64,000 nucleotides of DNA from Candidatus Bathyarchaeia archaeon (GTDB lineage Archaea; Thermoproteota; Bathyarchaeia; Bathyarchaeales; Bathycorpusculaceae): NCBI GenBank assembly GCA_038883775.1, contig JAVZLM010000001.1, positions 161,241-225,240 of the forward strand, in the 5' to 3' direction. Under the pieces are notes generated by a model, which made no database searches, was not told the origin of the DNA, and saw nothing but the letters and a program-made list of their open reading frames with translations. This document shows, piece after piece, positions 37,279 to 47,757 of this stretch (position 1 is the stretch's first letter; each line of letters opens with the position of its first letter). A program made the translations under genes and the position numbers.

Positions 37279-38724
37279 TCAATAATTTCCTAATTCTTTT
37301 TTGTAGGCTTCGCAGAGGGCTTTTCCCCAATTGTCAAGGGCTTCTAATCTTCCATCAAAGAACCTTAGCACTGGGGGTTCAAAAATAAACCTTAAGCCTT
37401 TTACTAAGTGCCTATGCTTATAAAGCCAGTTTATTCTATCAACAGCATACTCGATATGTGAAATTGTGTAAACCCTCCTTGGAAGCGCAATTCTCGTTAA
37501 CTCTAAATCAGCAAAAACTTCTCTGCCTTCCTTGTCCCTATCCATGGAAATTGTGCCCCGCTCCATGCTTCTAATGCCGGAAACAATGTAGAGGGCTGCT
37601 GTTAAGGCTCCCGCTGGATACTGCGATTTTGGAACATGCGGCAAGAATTTTGTAGCGTCTAAATGGCAGGCTAATCCTCCAGGCGGCGTAACAACCGGAA
37701 TGCCGGTTTCCTTAAGCCTGTTAACAAAATATTTTATCTGCTCCACTGCACAACCCGCTAAATCTTCGTCTACCATTTCTCTTACGCCTACCGCCATGGC
37801 GCCGATTTCTCTCATGGACATTCCGCCATATGTGAAGAAGCCCTCATAGACTGGAAGCCATGGTCTTATCTTTTCGAATAATTCTTTATTGTTTGTGGCG
37901 ATGAACCCGCCTCTAACGCATGTGTTTTTTCTGCCGCTCATGTAGAATATGTCTGCGAGGCTGCACATTTCTTTGACTATTTCTGCGACGGTTTTGTTCT
38001 CGTAGCCTTTCTCTCTTTGTTTTATGAGATAGGCGTTTTCGCAGATTAAACTTCCATCCAAAACCAGAAGGAGACCATGTTCATCGCAGATTCGCCTAAT
38101 CTCTCTTAAATTCGCCATGGAAAACGGTTGTCCGCCGAGAAGGTTTGTGGTGGCCTCCATTCTCACAAAGCCTATTTTGTCTTTGCCATATTGCTTAATA
38201 ACATTCAAAAGTTTTTGCGGGTCCATATTACCCTTAAACGGGTGTGTGCTATCCGTCTTTAATGCTTCATCATAATAGATTTCTAAGCATGCGGATCCGC
38301 CTGTAACCTCAATGTGGGCCTTGGTTGTGGTGAAATGATAGTTTGTTGGAATAACACCACCAGGCTTGGCGAAAACTTTTGTGAGCAAGTGTTCTGCTGC
38401 CCTTCCCTGATGGACGTTCATTACGTATTTGTAGCCTAAGACGTCTTCAACGGCTTTGGCGAATTCGTAAAATGTCATGCTTCCAGCGTAGGCGTCGTCA
38501 ACTCGCATCATGGCCGCAAACTGGTTGTCGCTCATGGCGTTTACGCCGCTGTCGGTGAGCATGTCAAGGAACACATCTTTGGTTTTTAGTTGAAATGTGT
38601 TGTAGCCTGCCTCTTCAATAGCCTTAAGTCTTTCTTCGACTGGTATAAGCCATATTTTCTGAACCATCCGCGCCTTATGCATGTCTATGGGTATTTCCTT
38701 ACCTGAGGATAACTTTATGGTCAT
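37279..38724 (-). CDS. Tryptophanase/tyrosine phenol-lyase family beta-eliminating lyase (TPL-type specificity residues)
   Basis: DMLTDSG, DAYAGS, HQGRAAE, GGQPFSM, SGRK (PLP Lys), YEGFFTYGGM, PRRVYT, LRFF. Confidence 0.88.
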   Translation of the reverse strand: MTIKLSSGKEIPIDMHKARMVQKIWLIPVEERLKAIEEAGYNTFQLKTKDVFLDMLTDSGVNAMSDNQFAAMMRVDDAYAGSMTFYEFAKAVEDVLGYKYVMNVHQGRAAEHLLTKVFAKPGGVIPTNYHFTTTKAHIEVTGGSACLEIYYDEALKTDSTHPFKGNMDPQKLLNVIKQYGKDKIGFVRMEATTNLLGGQPFSMANLREIRRICDEHGLLLVLDGSLICENAYLIKQREKGYENKTVAEIVKEMCSLADIFYMSGRKNTCVRGGFIATNNKELFEKIRPWLPVYEGFFTYGGMSMREIGAMAVGVREMVDEDLAGCAVEQIKYFVNRLKETGIPVVTPPGGLACHLDATKFLPHVPKSQYPAGALTAALYIVSGIRSMERGTISMDRDKEGREVFADLELTRIALPRRVYTISHIEYAVDRINWLYKHRHLVKGLRFIFEPPVLRFFDGRLEALDNWGKALCEAYKKELGNY

Positions 38725-38885
38725 GATTTAACCTCTGTGAATGGTGCTGTTATTCGGGTATATGTGTTTTAATAATTTTCGGTTAAACATTTCTATATCC
38801 CACATTGGTCTCGGCTTTTTGAAACCAAAAGTTATATTTGAAACATTAAAACTATGAACCACTTCTAAAAGTTGAGGAGATATTA

Positions 38886-40766
38886 TTGCCCGATTTACGT
38901 ATACTATTAGCTGACAGCCCCGGAAAACGTGTACTTCTCCTTGGAAACGAAGCCATTGCAAGAGGAATTTTGGAATCCGGAATAGGAGTTGTAACCACAT
39001 ATCCAGGCACTCCAGCATCTGAGATAGGCGATTCTATTTCGGAGATTGCCGCCGAAGCTGGAATATACATGGAATATTCCATCAACGAAATTGTTGCCAC
39101 AGAAGTGGCTGGTGGAGCAGCAAATAGCGGAGTTAGGGCTTTAACAGCGATGAAACATGTGGGATTGAATGTTGCTTCAGACTTTGTTACGACTTTGGCT
39201 TATGCTGGCGTAAGAAGCGGACTTGTCATAGTTACAGCGGATGACCCAGAATGTTACAGTTCACAAAACGAGCAAGACAATCGTTTTTATGCTTTGCTTG
39301 CAAACCTGCCATGCTTAGAACCTTCAGATTCCCAAGAAGCAAAGGACATGACGATTTCAGCCATAGAACTCTCAGAAAAACTTGAATTACCTGTCCTATT
39401 AAGAACAACAACTCGCGTAAGCCACACACGTGCACCAGTCATTTATGGGAAGCTTACAAAACCAGTTTTGAAGGGAGAATTCATAAAAGACGTAAAACGT
39501 TTAGTGATGGTTCCAGCCCATTCAAGACCAAAACATCCAGTACTTTTGAAAAGCATGGAAAAAGCTAAAGAAATAAGCGAAACTTCACCCTACAACAAAA
39601 TTACACGGGAAGGAGAGGGCGAACTTGGCATAATCTCTTCAAGCGCAGCCTACAACTACGCAGTGGAAGCGGCTGATTTACTTGGTTTAGATGCTAGCAT
39701 AATGAAGCTTGGCATGACCCACCCACTTCCAGAAAAATTTGTTGGAAATTTTCTTGAAAAACATGAAAAAATAGTTGTTGTTGAGGAGCTTGAACCCTAC
39801 TTGGAGTTGCATGTTAAAGCCATAGCCAAAGATTATGCGCCAAACATCAAAATTTATGGAAAAATGGAAAAACAATATTTTCCAAGAGACGGAGAACTTT
39901 CCACACGCCTAGTTGCAGCTGGCTTGGCAAAAATAACTGGCAAAAAATTACCCATTAATTTTGATGAAATTGATAAGAAATATGCTGAAGTCTCGCGGAA
40001 CTTGCCGCCACGGCCGCCTATATTGTGTGCTGGATGCCCCCACAGAGCATCATTTTACGTCATGAAAAGGGTTGGAGGCGAAAAGGCAATTTACTCCACA
40101 GACATAGGTTGTTATGCTTTAGGGGCTGCTCCGCCATTAAGAACAGGTGACATAATGACTTGTATGGGCGCAAGCATAGGCACAGCCCAAGGAATAAGCA
40201 AGGCAACAGAAGCACCCACATTCGCTATTATTGGAGACTCAACCTTTTTCCACGCTGGGATTCCAGGGCTGATAAACGCAGTATACAACAATCACAAAAT
40301 AATCGTAACCGTCCTAGACAACTTGACAACAGCCATGACTGGACACCAACCCCATCCGGGTACAGGGTGGACCGGCATGCATACGCCTGCAGAAAAAATC
40401 ATGATAGAAAATGTTGCTGAAGGGTGCGGAGTAAAATATGTAAAAGTTGTTAACCCCTTTAATGTAAAGGAGGCTGAAACAGTACTAAAAGAGGCTGTGA
40501 AGTTTTCTGGACCATCGGTTATAGTTTTTAGGGCGCCCTGCGCCTTAATGGTTGTTAGAGAGAGAAGACGAAAAGGTGTAGAACTTTTAGCCTGCAAAAT
40601 TACGGATAAGTGCACAGACTGTATGGCTTGTGTTAAGCTTTTGGGTTGTCCAGCAATAATCTTTAAAGAAGGAAAGGTGAGCATCAGCGAAACCTTATGT
40701 AATGCATGCGGCTTGTGTGCTTTTGTTTGTCCCTATAAGGCAATAGAATGCACGAAAATTGGGTGA
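38886..40766 (+). CDS. iorA: Indolepyruvate:ferredoxin oxidoreductase alpha subunit
   Basis: LGNEAIARG, YPGTPASE, MKHVGLNVA, SSQNEQDNR, LCAGCPHR, GDSTFFH, AMTGHQ, C-terminal ferredoxin. Confidence 0.95.
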   Translation: MPDLRILLADSPGKRVLLLGNEAIARGILESGIGVVTTYPGTPASEIGDSISEIAAEAGIYMEYSINEIVATEVAGGAANSGVRALTAMKHVGLNVASDFVTTLAYAGVRSGLVIVTADDPECYSSQNEQDNRFYALLANLPCLEPSDSQEAKDMTISAIELSEKLELPVLLRTTTRVSHTRAPVIYGKLTKPVLKGEFIKDVKRLVMVPAHSRPKHPVLLKSMEKAKEISETSPYNKITREGEGELGIISSSAAYNYAVEAADLLGLDASIMKLGMTHPLPEKFVGNFLEKHEKIVVVEELEPYLELHVKAIAKDYAPNIKIYGKMEKQYFPRDGELSTRLVAAGLAKITGKKLPINFDEIDKKYAEVSRNLPPRPPILCAGCPHRASFYVMKRVGGEKAIYSTDIGCYALGAAPPLRTGDIMTCMGASIGTAQGISKATEAPTFAIIGDSTFFHAGIPGLINAVYNNHKIIVTVLDNLTTAMTGHQPHPGTGWTGMHTPAEKIMIENVAEGCGVKYVKVVNPFNVKEAETVLKEAVKFSGPSVIVFRAPCALMVVRERRRKGVELLACKITDKCTDCMACVKLLGCPAIIFKEGKVSISETLCNACGLCAFVCPYKAIECTKIG

Positions 40767-40772
40767 TAAGAA

Positions 40773-41381
40773 ATGAAAGAGTTTAACATGGTTTTGGCTG
40801 GTGTTGGCGGACAAGGAATACTCTTGGCAGCGGAAATTTTGGGAACAGCCGCCATGAAAGAAGGTTTGAACGTTCGGGTAAGCGAAATTCATGGGATGGC
40901 TCAAAGAGGCGGAGCCGTAGTTTCCACAGTTAGGATTGGAGAGAAAGTTTTTGCACCAACAGTTTTAGATGGGCAAGCGGATGTGCTTTTGGGCTTTGAG
41001 CCCTTTGAAACTTTACGAAATCTAAAGTTTGCTTCAGAAAAGACGCTTGTGATAATGAGTGAGGAGAGAATTCCGCCGACGGAGCTTACAGCAAAAATGA
41101 TGCCGTACCCATCCCTAAAGGAAGTGGAAGAAAAAATTCACGTTTTCACAAAAAACCTGATAACTGTGGATACTTCAAATTTAGCCAAAAAAGCAGGAAG
41201 CCTCTTAACACAAAATGTGGTTTTGCTTGGGGCTTTGGCAGCAATCAAAAAACTGCCAATAAAAAATGAAAGCCTAATGGATGCCATTAAGGAACTTATT
41301 CCAACAAAATATTTGGACATGAACGTCAAAGCCTTTAAGCTTGGATTTGAATTGATGAAAAAGGTAATGCCTAAATCTTAA
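40773..41381 (+). CDS. iorB: Indolepyruvate:ferredoxin oxidoreductase beta subunit
   Basis: GVGGQG, SEIHGMAQRGGAV, NVVLLGAL. Confidence 0.95.
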   Translation: MKEFNMVLAGVGGQGILLAAEILGTAAMKEGLNVRVSEIHGMAQRGGAVVSTVRIGEKVFAPTVLDGQADVLLGFEPFETLRNLKFASEKTLVIMSEERIPPTELTAKMMPYPSLKEVEEKIHVFTKNLITVDTSNLAKKAGSLLTQNVVLLGALAAIKKLPIKNESLMDAIKELIPTKYLDMNVKAFKLGFELMKKVMPKS

Positions 41382-41390
41382 ATTTCCATT

Positions 41391-41732
41391 TCATGGATTT
41401 TTCTTATTCTCGTCCAATATTGCTTTTAGGATGCTTTGGAAAATTCGCATGTCTGAAACGTTAACCAGCGGGATTTGGAGGCTTTTTTCAACTTCGTAAA
41501 TTTTCTCATACTTTGGAAATTCTGCATAGCAGATTTGGCTTATTGGGAACTCTCGCTTTTTCAGTTCATGTTCAAAGGATTTTTCGTAAACTTCTAGGCA
41601 TAAGACGTAACCGTTTATCCAGTAAAGCCTATTCACGCCGTAGGTTGTGGCGCACCATGCCACATCGCCAACTGAACGCTTGTCTAATCCTAAGATTGTT
41701 ATTTTTCTTGTTGGGGCGATTTCAACGTCCAT
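41391..41732 (-). CDS. Small hypothetical protein
   Basis: 113-aa ORF co-oriented 8 nt after the ERCC4 gene, GGTGA RBS. Confidence 0.7.
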   Translation of the reverse strand: MDVEIAPTRKITILGLDKRSVGDVAWCATTYGVNRLYWINGYVLCLEVYEKSFEHELKKREFPISQICYAEFPKYEKIYEVEKSLQIPLVNVSDMRIFQSILKAILDENKKNP

Positions 41733-41739
41733 TTTTGTT

Positions 41740-42465
41740 TCACCATGTGCATGGTGTTTCTAACACTTCTTTAACTTTGGCTGTTATTTTTGGTCCAAGT
41801 CCATAAACTGTTTTGGACCAATCGTCAACGTTCATTAGGGCGTTCAAGGGGGTTTTGTAGGATTTAAGAATTGCTATGGCTTTTTCTCTTCCAATGTTTG
41901 GGAGGCTTGCCACGAAATAAACTTGCGCATCTGCCACTGTTTCGCATTTTTTAACTGGGTGAACTGTTGGAATCCGCTTTTCTATGATTTGTTCTTGGCG
42001 GGCAGCCACATGGAGAAAGTCAATTGTCTCTTTATAGGAGGTGGTGTTTACGATGGCTATTCCATTCTTTGCTAAGTTAAACATGGCACCCCAAACGGAT
42101 GCTGGCTGGATTCTGCTATACTTATAAATTATTGGCAGATAACCCTCTAAAAGAATTAGGGATTTTGGATAAACCTCTTTTAAATGGAATAATTGCTCGA
42201 AAAGGTAACGCCGCGTTAATGTGTAAACAAAGTCTTGAACAGTTTTGCGCTCCACAGCGCAGACGTCAGACAAGACGTAATCGCCTTTCTCCAAAGCCTC
42301 AACTTTAACGTTGACGCCCCGCTCTCTTAAGCCCTTAACAATTTTTGTAGCAGTATTCGCCTCACGACTGTCAATGATGATTGTTGGCTCTTGCTCTTCG
42401 CCTTTCTTTTCTTTTAAGTACGGAAGTAGCGTTTCAGTTCCAGACATTGTATCAACTCTTTTCAT
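41740..42465 (-). CDS. xpf: Short XPF/ERCC4 structure-specific nuclease (no helicase domain)
   Basis: IDSRE, GDY, VERKT..DF, two HhH motifs (LPNIG, YGLGPK). Confidence 0.88.
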   Translation of the reverse strand: MKRVDTMSGTETLLPYLKEKKGEEQEPTIIIDSREANTATKIVKGLRERGVNVKVEALEKGDYVLSDVCAVERKTVQDFVYTLTRRYLFEQLFHLKEVYPKSLILLEGYLPIIYKYSRIQPASVWGAMFNLAKNGIAIVNTTSYKETIDFLHVAARQEQIIEKRIPTVHPVKKCETVADAQVYFVASLPNIGREKAIAILKSYKTPLNALMNVDDWSKTVYGLGPKITAKVKEVLETPCTW

Positions 42466-42560
42466 ACGTGAACTTAGAGCTACTTACTGATAAAACTTGA
42501 GCATAATCTACATTAAACTTTGGAAATATAAAACGGTTATTTAAAAAAGGAAAGAGAGGG

Positions 42561-43865
42561 TTATGGTCCTTTTTTGGTTATTTCTTTAACAACGCCAGCG
42601 GCAATAGTTGTACCCATGTCTCTAACTGCAAATCTTCCAAGCTCTGGAAACTCCGTGTAAGTTTCAATAGATATTGGATGTAAAGGCTCCATCCTCACTA
42701 TGGCAGCGTCTCCAGTCTTTAGGAAAGAGGGCTTCTCCTCTACAACCTGCCCAGAACGGGGATCAATCTTCCTTATCAGCTCAGTAAATCTGCATGCAAC
42801 TTGTCCAGTGTGGTAGTGGAGAACTGGCGTGTATCCTGCAGCTATGGCTGTTGGGTGATAAATTACAATTATTTGTCCAATGAACTCTTTGGCTACTGTT
42901 GGTGGATTAGTAACGTGTCCGCAGACGTCTCCGCGGCGCAAATCTGTTTTGGCGACGCCTCTAACGTTAAATCCAATGTTGTCGCCAGGCTCAGCTCTTG
43001 GAATGCGGGTGTGATGCATTTCTATAGATTTCACTTCAGCTTGCTTGTTGGCTGGCATAAAAATGACCATGTCGCCTTCTTTGAGAACGCCAGTTTCAAC
43101 TCTTCCCACAGGAACTGTGCCAACGCCCGTAATGCTGTAAACATCTTGGACTGGAATGCGTAGTGGCTTGTCTAAGGGTTTAGGCGGAACCTCAAAAACG
43201 TCTAAGGCGTCAAGCAACGTGGGTCCTTTATACCATGGCATTTTTTCGCTTGGCTTAACAAGGTTGTCGCCCGTCCAACCTGAAGTGGGCACAAATGGAA
43301 TCTTCTCAACTTTATAGCCAACCATCTTCAGCATTCTTGAAACTTCATTTTTGATTTCATTGTATCTTTCTTGACTCCAATTCACTGTTGGATCATCCAT
43401 CTTGTTAACAGCCACAACCAACTGGTTAACACCCAAAGTGAAGGCTAAGAAGGCATGTTCCCGTGTCTGACCGCCGGGACCAATGCCTGCCTCGAACTCT
43501 CCTCTTTTCGCTGAGACGAAGAGTATGGCGCCGTCGGCTTGGCTTGCTCCAGTAATCATGTTTTTGACGAAGTCTCTGTGTCCAGGCGCATCGATAACGG
43601 TGAAATAGTATTTCTTGGTTTCAAATTTTAGGAATCGAAGGTCAATGGTTAAGCCCCTTTCCCGCTCCTCTTTTAGGTTGTCAAGAATCCAAGCGAACTT
43701 GAAGGTTTCTTTGCCAAGTTTTCTGGCTTCTTCTTCATAAGCTTTTATTGTCCTATCATCCACCACTCCTGCCAAGTACAACATGTGTCCTGTTGTTGTT
43801 GATTTTCCATGGTCAACATGTCCCATGATTACTAGGTTCAAGTGGGGTTTTTCTGGTCTACTCAT
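42561..43865 (-). CDS. tuf: Translation elongation factor EF-1alpha
   Basis: [37 protein letters not shown]; start ATG 43865. Confidence 0.98.
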   Translation of the reverse strand: MSRPEKPHLNLVIMGHVDHGKSTTTGHMLYLAGVVDDRTIKAYEEEARKLGKETFKFAWILDNLKEERERGLTIDLRFLKFETKKYYFTVIDAPGHRDFVKNMITGASQADGAILFVSAKRGEFEAGIGPGGQTREHAFLAFTLGVNQLVVAVNKMDDPTVNWSQERYNEIKNEVSRMLKMVGYKVEKIPFVPTSGWTGDNLVKPSEKMPWYKGPTLLDALDVFEVPPKPLDKPLRIPVQDVYSITGVGTVPVGRVETGVLKEGDMVIFMPANKQAEVKSIEMHHTRIPRAEPGDNIGFNVRGVAKTDLRRGDVCGHVTNPPTVAKEFIGQIIVIYHPTAIAAGYTPVLHYHTGQVACRFTELIRKIDPRSGQVVEEKPSFLKTGDAAIVRMEPLHPISIETYTEFPELGRFAVRDMGTTIAAGVVKEITKKGP

Positions 43866-44024
43866 CTTTTTTCCTCCTTCAAATTTTAATTTCCCTTTAA
43901 ATTTAGTGGATTCGTTTACACAACTGTTCAATCAATTATTTTAAGTTTATCATTATGCCATTACGTTTAACGGAAACGAATATTAACGTTAATTTTGGAA
44001 ATCAATTCATGGAAGAGTCTAAAG

Positions 44025-45200
44025 ATGCCCACAAACCTTCCAGCAGAAGCCAAACGCAAATGGGCAGAAGTTTCAGCAACAAAAAACCCAAGAGAAAAAC
44101 TTCAGCTTATGCAAGAATTTTTAAGCCTAGTTCCCAAGCACAAGGGAACAGCAAAACTTTGCGCCCAAGTTAAAAAGCAGATGGCAACCCTACGAAGGGA
44201 AATCGAAGAGAAAAAGCAGAAAAAAGCGGGAAAAGGCGGACCAAAATTTTTCATAGAAAAGGAAGGCGCAGCCCAAATAGCCCTTATAGGTTTAACAAAC
44301 GTTGGAAAAAGCAGTCTGCTTAAGGCTGTCACAAACGCTAAGGTTGAAGTTTCCCCAAACCCTTATACTACGAGAGAACCCGTGCCGGGAATAATGAATT
44401 ATCATGATATCCAATTTCAAATTGTTGAAGCTCCAGCCTTGATGGAAGGCTCCGCCGACGGAAAGGCTTGGGGACTGCAGAGTTTAGCTTTAGCCCGAAA
44501 CGCTGACGGTTTAATATTGATGGTTGATTTATCCCAAGAACCAGTTGAGCAGTTGTCGCTAATTTTGGGTGAGTTTGAAAAGGCGAGAATACTAGTTAGC
44601 AGACCAAAGGCTCGAGTTGAAATCGAAAAGAAGTTTATGGGCGCTGGTTTAAGAATAATTCTAATCGGAAACCTTGTTGACTGCACCATGAAAGATGTTG
44701 AAGAACTGCTTAAAAGCTATAAGATTAACGATGCCATTGTCAAGATTTATGGAGAAGCCTCTATCGACGATGTGGAAGATGCAATTTTTGAAAGCACAGT
44801 CTACAAGCCAGCAATAATAGTCGCAAACAAAACCGAAGTGGAAGACGCCGAAAACAACCTAAAACTATTAGAGGCTTATGTGGACGGAAAACTGCCAATA
44901 CTACCAGTCTCATGCAAAAACGGCGTTGACGCAGACAAGCTTGGCGAAATCCTATTCAAGGTATTAGACATCATACGTGTTTACACTAAAGAACCAAGCC
45001 AAAAAGAGTTTTCGAAAAAACCCTTCACATTGAAAAGGGGCGCAACTGTTTACGATTTAGCAAAAAACATTCACAGCGATTTCAGCAAAAACTTTGCCTT
45101 TGCAAGAGTTTGGTCTAAACGCCTCGTTTTTAGTCCCCAAAAAGTTGGAGCTGGATTCGTTCTCGAAGATGGAGATATAGTTGAAATTCACGTAAAATAG
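44025..45200 (+). CDS. DRG/OBG family GTPase with TGS domain
   Basis: MPTNLP, PKHKGT, GLTNVGKS, YTT, NKTE, IRVYTK, LEDGDIVEIH; ATG 44025. Confidence 0.92.
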   Translation: MPTNLPAEAKRKWAEVSATKNPREKLQLMQEFLSLVPKHKGTAKLCAQVKKQMATLRREIEEKKQKKAGKGGPKFFIEKEGAAQIALIGLTNVGKSSLLKAVTNAKVEVSPNPYTTREPVPGIMNYHDIQFQIVEAPALMEGSADGKAWGLQSLALARNADGLILMVDLSQEPVEQLSLILGEFEKARILVSRPKARVEIEKKFMGAGLRIILIGNLVDCTMKDVEELLKSYKINDAIVKIYGEASIDDVEDAIFESTVYKPAIIVANKTEVEDAENNLKLLEAYVDGKLPILPVSCKNGVDADKLGEILFKVLDIIRVYTKEPSQKEFSKKPFTLKRGATVYDLAKNIHSDFSKNFAFARVWSKRLVFSPQKVGAGFVLEDGDIVEIHVK

Positions 45201-45202
45201 CC

Positions 45203-45799
45203 TTATCTTGAAGCTTGGGCTACTCTTTCTGTTTCATGGCGTTTTGAAACCGCATAACTTTTCATGTCATGGTTTGCCGCCAAAATTAATTCTTCTGCAA
45301 GGCATTCTTCTATTGAGCGGGGATTATTTATTGAAGCCATTCTTGCTCCTTCGCAAATGTTTCTTAAAGCCAAGTCTATCCTTCGCTGTGGAGAAATATC
45401 AACTGACAAGTGATAGACTATGCCGCCATAGCTGATCCTTGTTGTGTCTTCGCAAGGAGCCGAATTCTCCACAGCCCTAACCAAAACCTCTACGGGATTT
45501 CTGCCAGTTCGCAAATGAATTATTTCAAAAGCTTGCTTTACGATGTTCATCGCCTTAGCCTTTTTGCCCGCATTTTTCCCAGGTCTCATAAGGTCATTTA
45601 CCAGTCTCTCTACTATGTTGACGTTTGCCTTCCCAAAGCGTTTATGCTCATGTCTTCCCATGCTGTGGGGTATAATCATGGGTTTTAGGGACATGTACCT
45701 CTGCAAACCTAAATCTTTAACTTGAATATCCCCAAAACTCCACTTCCCAAAGAGTTTAACATCGCCTTTCTCTTCTTGTTTTTGACTCAAACCTTTCAC
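45203..45799 (-). CDS. rps7: 30S ribosomal protein S7
   Basis: [39 protein letters not shown]. Confidence 0.97.
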   Translation of the reverse strand: MKGLSQKQEEKGDVKLFGKWSFGDIQVKDLGLQRYMSLKPMIIPHSMGRHEHKRFGKANVNIVERLVNDLMRPGKNAGKKAKAMNIVKQAFEIIHLRTGRNPVEVLVRAVENSAPCEDTTRISYGGIVYHLSVDISPQRRIDLALRNICEGARMASINNPRSIEECLAEELILAANHDMKSYAVSKRHETERVAQASR

Positions 45800-46236
45800 C
45801 GTGCCGGTTTCTGTTTCCTTCCATAAACAAGCTCGTTAAGAGACACGCCGTTAACCATTATTACTTTCCAACGCACTCCAGGAATGTCGCCCATGCTTCT
45901 GCCTCTGGAACCGCCAATTCCTTCAACCACAACCTCATCATGCTCATCAACAACGTTTAGGGCGCCGTCTCCCGGCAAAAAGGCAGTTATAACCCGACCA
46001 TTTTTAATAAGTTGGGTTCTAACGCATTTTCTTATGGCGCTGTTGGGCTGCTTACTTTCTACACCCACTTTCTCCAAAACTATGCCCCTTGCCATGGGTG
46101 CTCCTTCAAGAGGGTCAGCTTTAACATCAAGCATTAACATTCGCCTTTTATAGTACATGCTACTCCAACGAAACTTTTTCCGCTTTTCCAACAGTTTTCT
46201 TGCGGCGAACTCGCCTCTTGGAGACTTCGAACCCAT
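45796..46236 (-). CDS. rps12: 30S ribosomal protein S12
   Basis: [26 protein letters not shown]. Confidence 0.98.
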   Translation of the reverse strand: MGSKSPRGEFAARKLLEKRKKFRWSSMYYKRRMLMLDVKADPLEGAPMARGIVLEKVGVESKQPNSAIRKCVRTQLIKNGRVITAFLPGDGALNVVDEHDEVVVEGIGGSRGRSMGDIPGVRWKVIMVNGVSLNELVYGRKQKPAR

Positions 46237-46440
46237 AGCGTGATTTTCCTCTCGCTACGTCTAATCACAACACTAATATTTAAACAAATAGCATGTAAAA
46301 TTCCCGTTATCCTCCTAAAAATCTAAAGAGGGTGCTATTCCTATTGGTTGATTTTTCTTCAAAATACATTCAATGCAAAAAGAGTAAAAGAGAAATTAAA
46401 CTAAAAACATAAAGTGCACAAGCTGAGAAAGGCTGATTTA

Positions 46441-47229
46441 ATGAATAATTGGCGCTTACTAAAAATGGAAACTCACAATGCTTATACAAATATGGCTATA
46501 GACGAAGCCATATTAACCGCTAGAATACGCAACCTCGTCCCAAACACAATAAGATTCTATCGTTGGAAGCCTTCCGCCGTTTCCATTGGAAAATTTCAAA
46601 AAATCCAAAATGAAGTAAATCTTGAAAACTGTAGAAAACATGGTGTTGACGTTGTTAGAAGAATAACGGGCGGAGGCGCAGTTTACCACGATGCAGAAGG
46701 CGAAATCACCTACAGCGTAGTCGTGGATAAAAGAGACCTAAAAGCTGAAGAAATAACAGAGGTTTATCAAAAAATTTACGCTGGAATAGTGGAAGCTCTA
46801 AAAATTTTGGGCGTAAAAGCAGATTTTAACCAAGGCGATGTAAAAGCGTGCCCAAACTTGACAGTTAATGGGAAGAAAATTTCTGGAAGCGCACAATCCC
46901 ATAAAGAAGGCATTGTCCTACAACATGGCACACTTTTAGTAGACGTTGACTTTAAAAAAATGTTCACGTTTTTACGTGTTCCCTGGGCAAAAACATGCAC
47001 GGAAATTGTAACCATTGCAAAGAACAAAATCACCTCGATAAAAGAAGTGTTACAAGAAAGGGTTTCAGTAGAAGAGGTAACAAATTCCTTAAGAGAAGGT
47101 TTCCAAAAAGCTCTCAACATTCAACTTGTGGATGAACAATTAACATTATATGAGATGGAATATGCACAAAGTCTTTCAAAAGAAAAATATGCGTCAGAAG
47201 AATGGAATTTTCAGGGCATATCTTTATAG
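46441..47229 (+). CDS. lplA: Lipoate-protein ligase A family (catalytic domain)
   Basis: NMAIDEA, VRRITGGGAVYHD, KKISGSAQ, LQHGTLL; ATG 46441. Confidence 0.9.
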   Translation: MNNWRLLKMETHNAYTNMAIDEAILTARIRNLVPNTIRFYRWKPSAVSIGKFQKIQNEVNLENCRKHGVDVVRRITGGGAVYHDAEGEITYSVVVDKRDLKAEEITEVYQKIYAGIVEALKILGVKADFNQGDVKACPNLTVNGKKISGSAQSHKEGIVLQHGTLLVDVDFKKMFTFLRVPWAKTCTEIVTIAKNKITSIKEVLQERVSVEEVTNSLREGFQKALNIQLVDEQLTLYEMEYAQSLSKEKYASEEWNFQGISL

Positions 47230-47275
47230 AAAAATAAGAGTGCTCTAGTTTATAATTGGTTTTACATTAATAAGA

Positions 47276-47707
47276 TCACTCAGCAAGTTCATAGACGTTG
47301 TCATACCCTTTAGTTCGTCGAACAATTCTCTCAGTTTCGAGTCGTCTAACTCTTTCTCTGATAATTCTTCTAGAAGCTTTTCCACGCATTATCCGAACTT
47401 GGCGTGTTATAGCTGAAATGTTTAATTTTTCATGTAAGGCTAAAACTTGCACTATACATCTTGAAATATCATCTTTGGCACCCCATTCTTTTTTTAAGTG
47501 TTTTTCAGCAGTTTTCAACCGCGCAGCAATCTTTAATGGTTCGCCGTATAAGTTCATGCCGAAACGTGTAAGGCGCAAATATGGAATTAATGCTGCGTAT
47601 TCTGGGTTATTCATTATTAGGGCTTCGAGGGTTTCCAGCCTTTTTATTATTAGGTCAAGTTTTTTGCTTAACTCTTCAATGGTGGAGTTGCTGCCATCTT
47701 TTGCCAT
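47276..47707 (-). CDS. Winged-HTH protein with N-terminal coiled coil
   Basis: [37 protein letters not shown]. Confidence 0.65.
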   Translation of the reverse strand: MAKDGSNSTIEELSKKLDLIIKRLETLEALIMNNPEYAALIPYLRLTRFGMNLYGEPLKIAARLKTAEKHLKKEWGAKDDISRCIVQVLALHEKLNISAITRQVRIMRGKASRRIIRERVRRLETERIVRRTKGYDNVYELAE

Positions 47708-47757
47708 GGTTCTCCGTTTTCTTATAATTGCATAGTGATAAAAGAGTTTGTGTTTTC

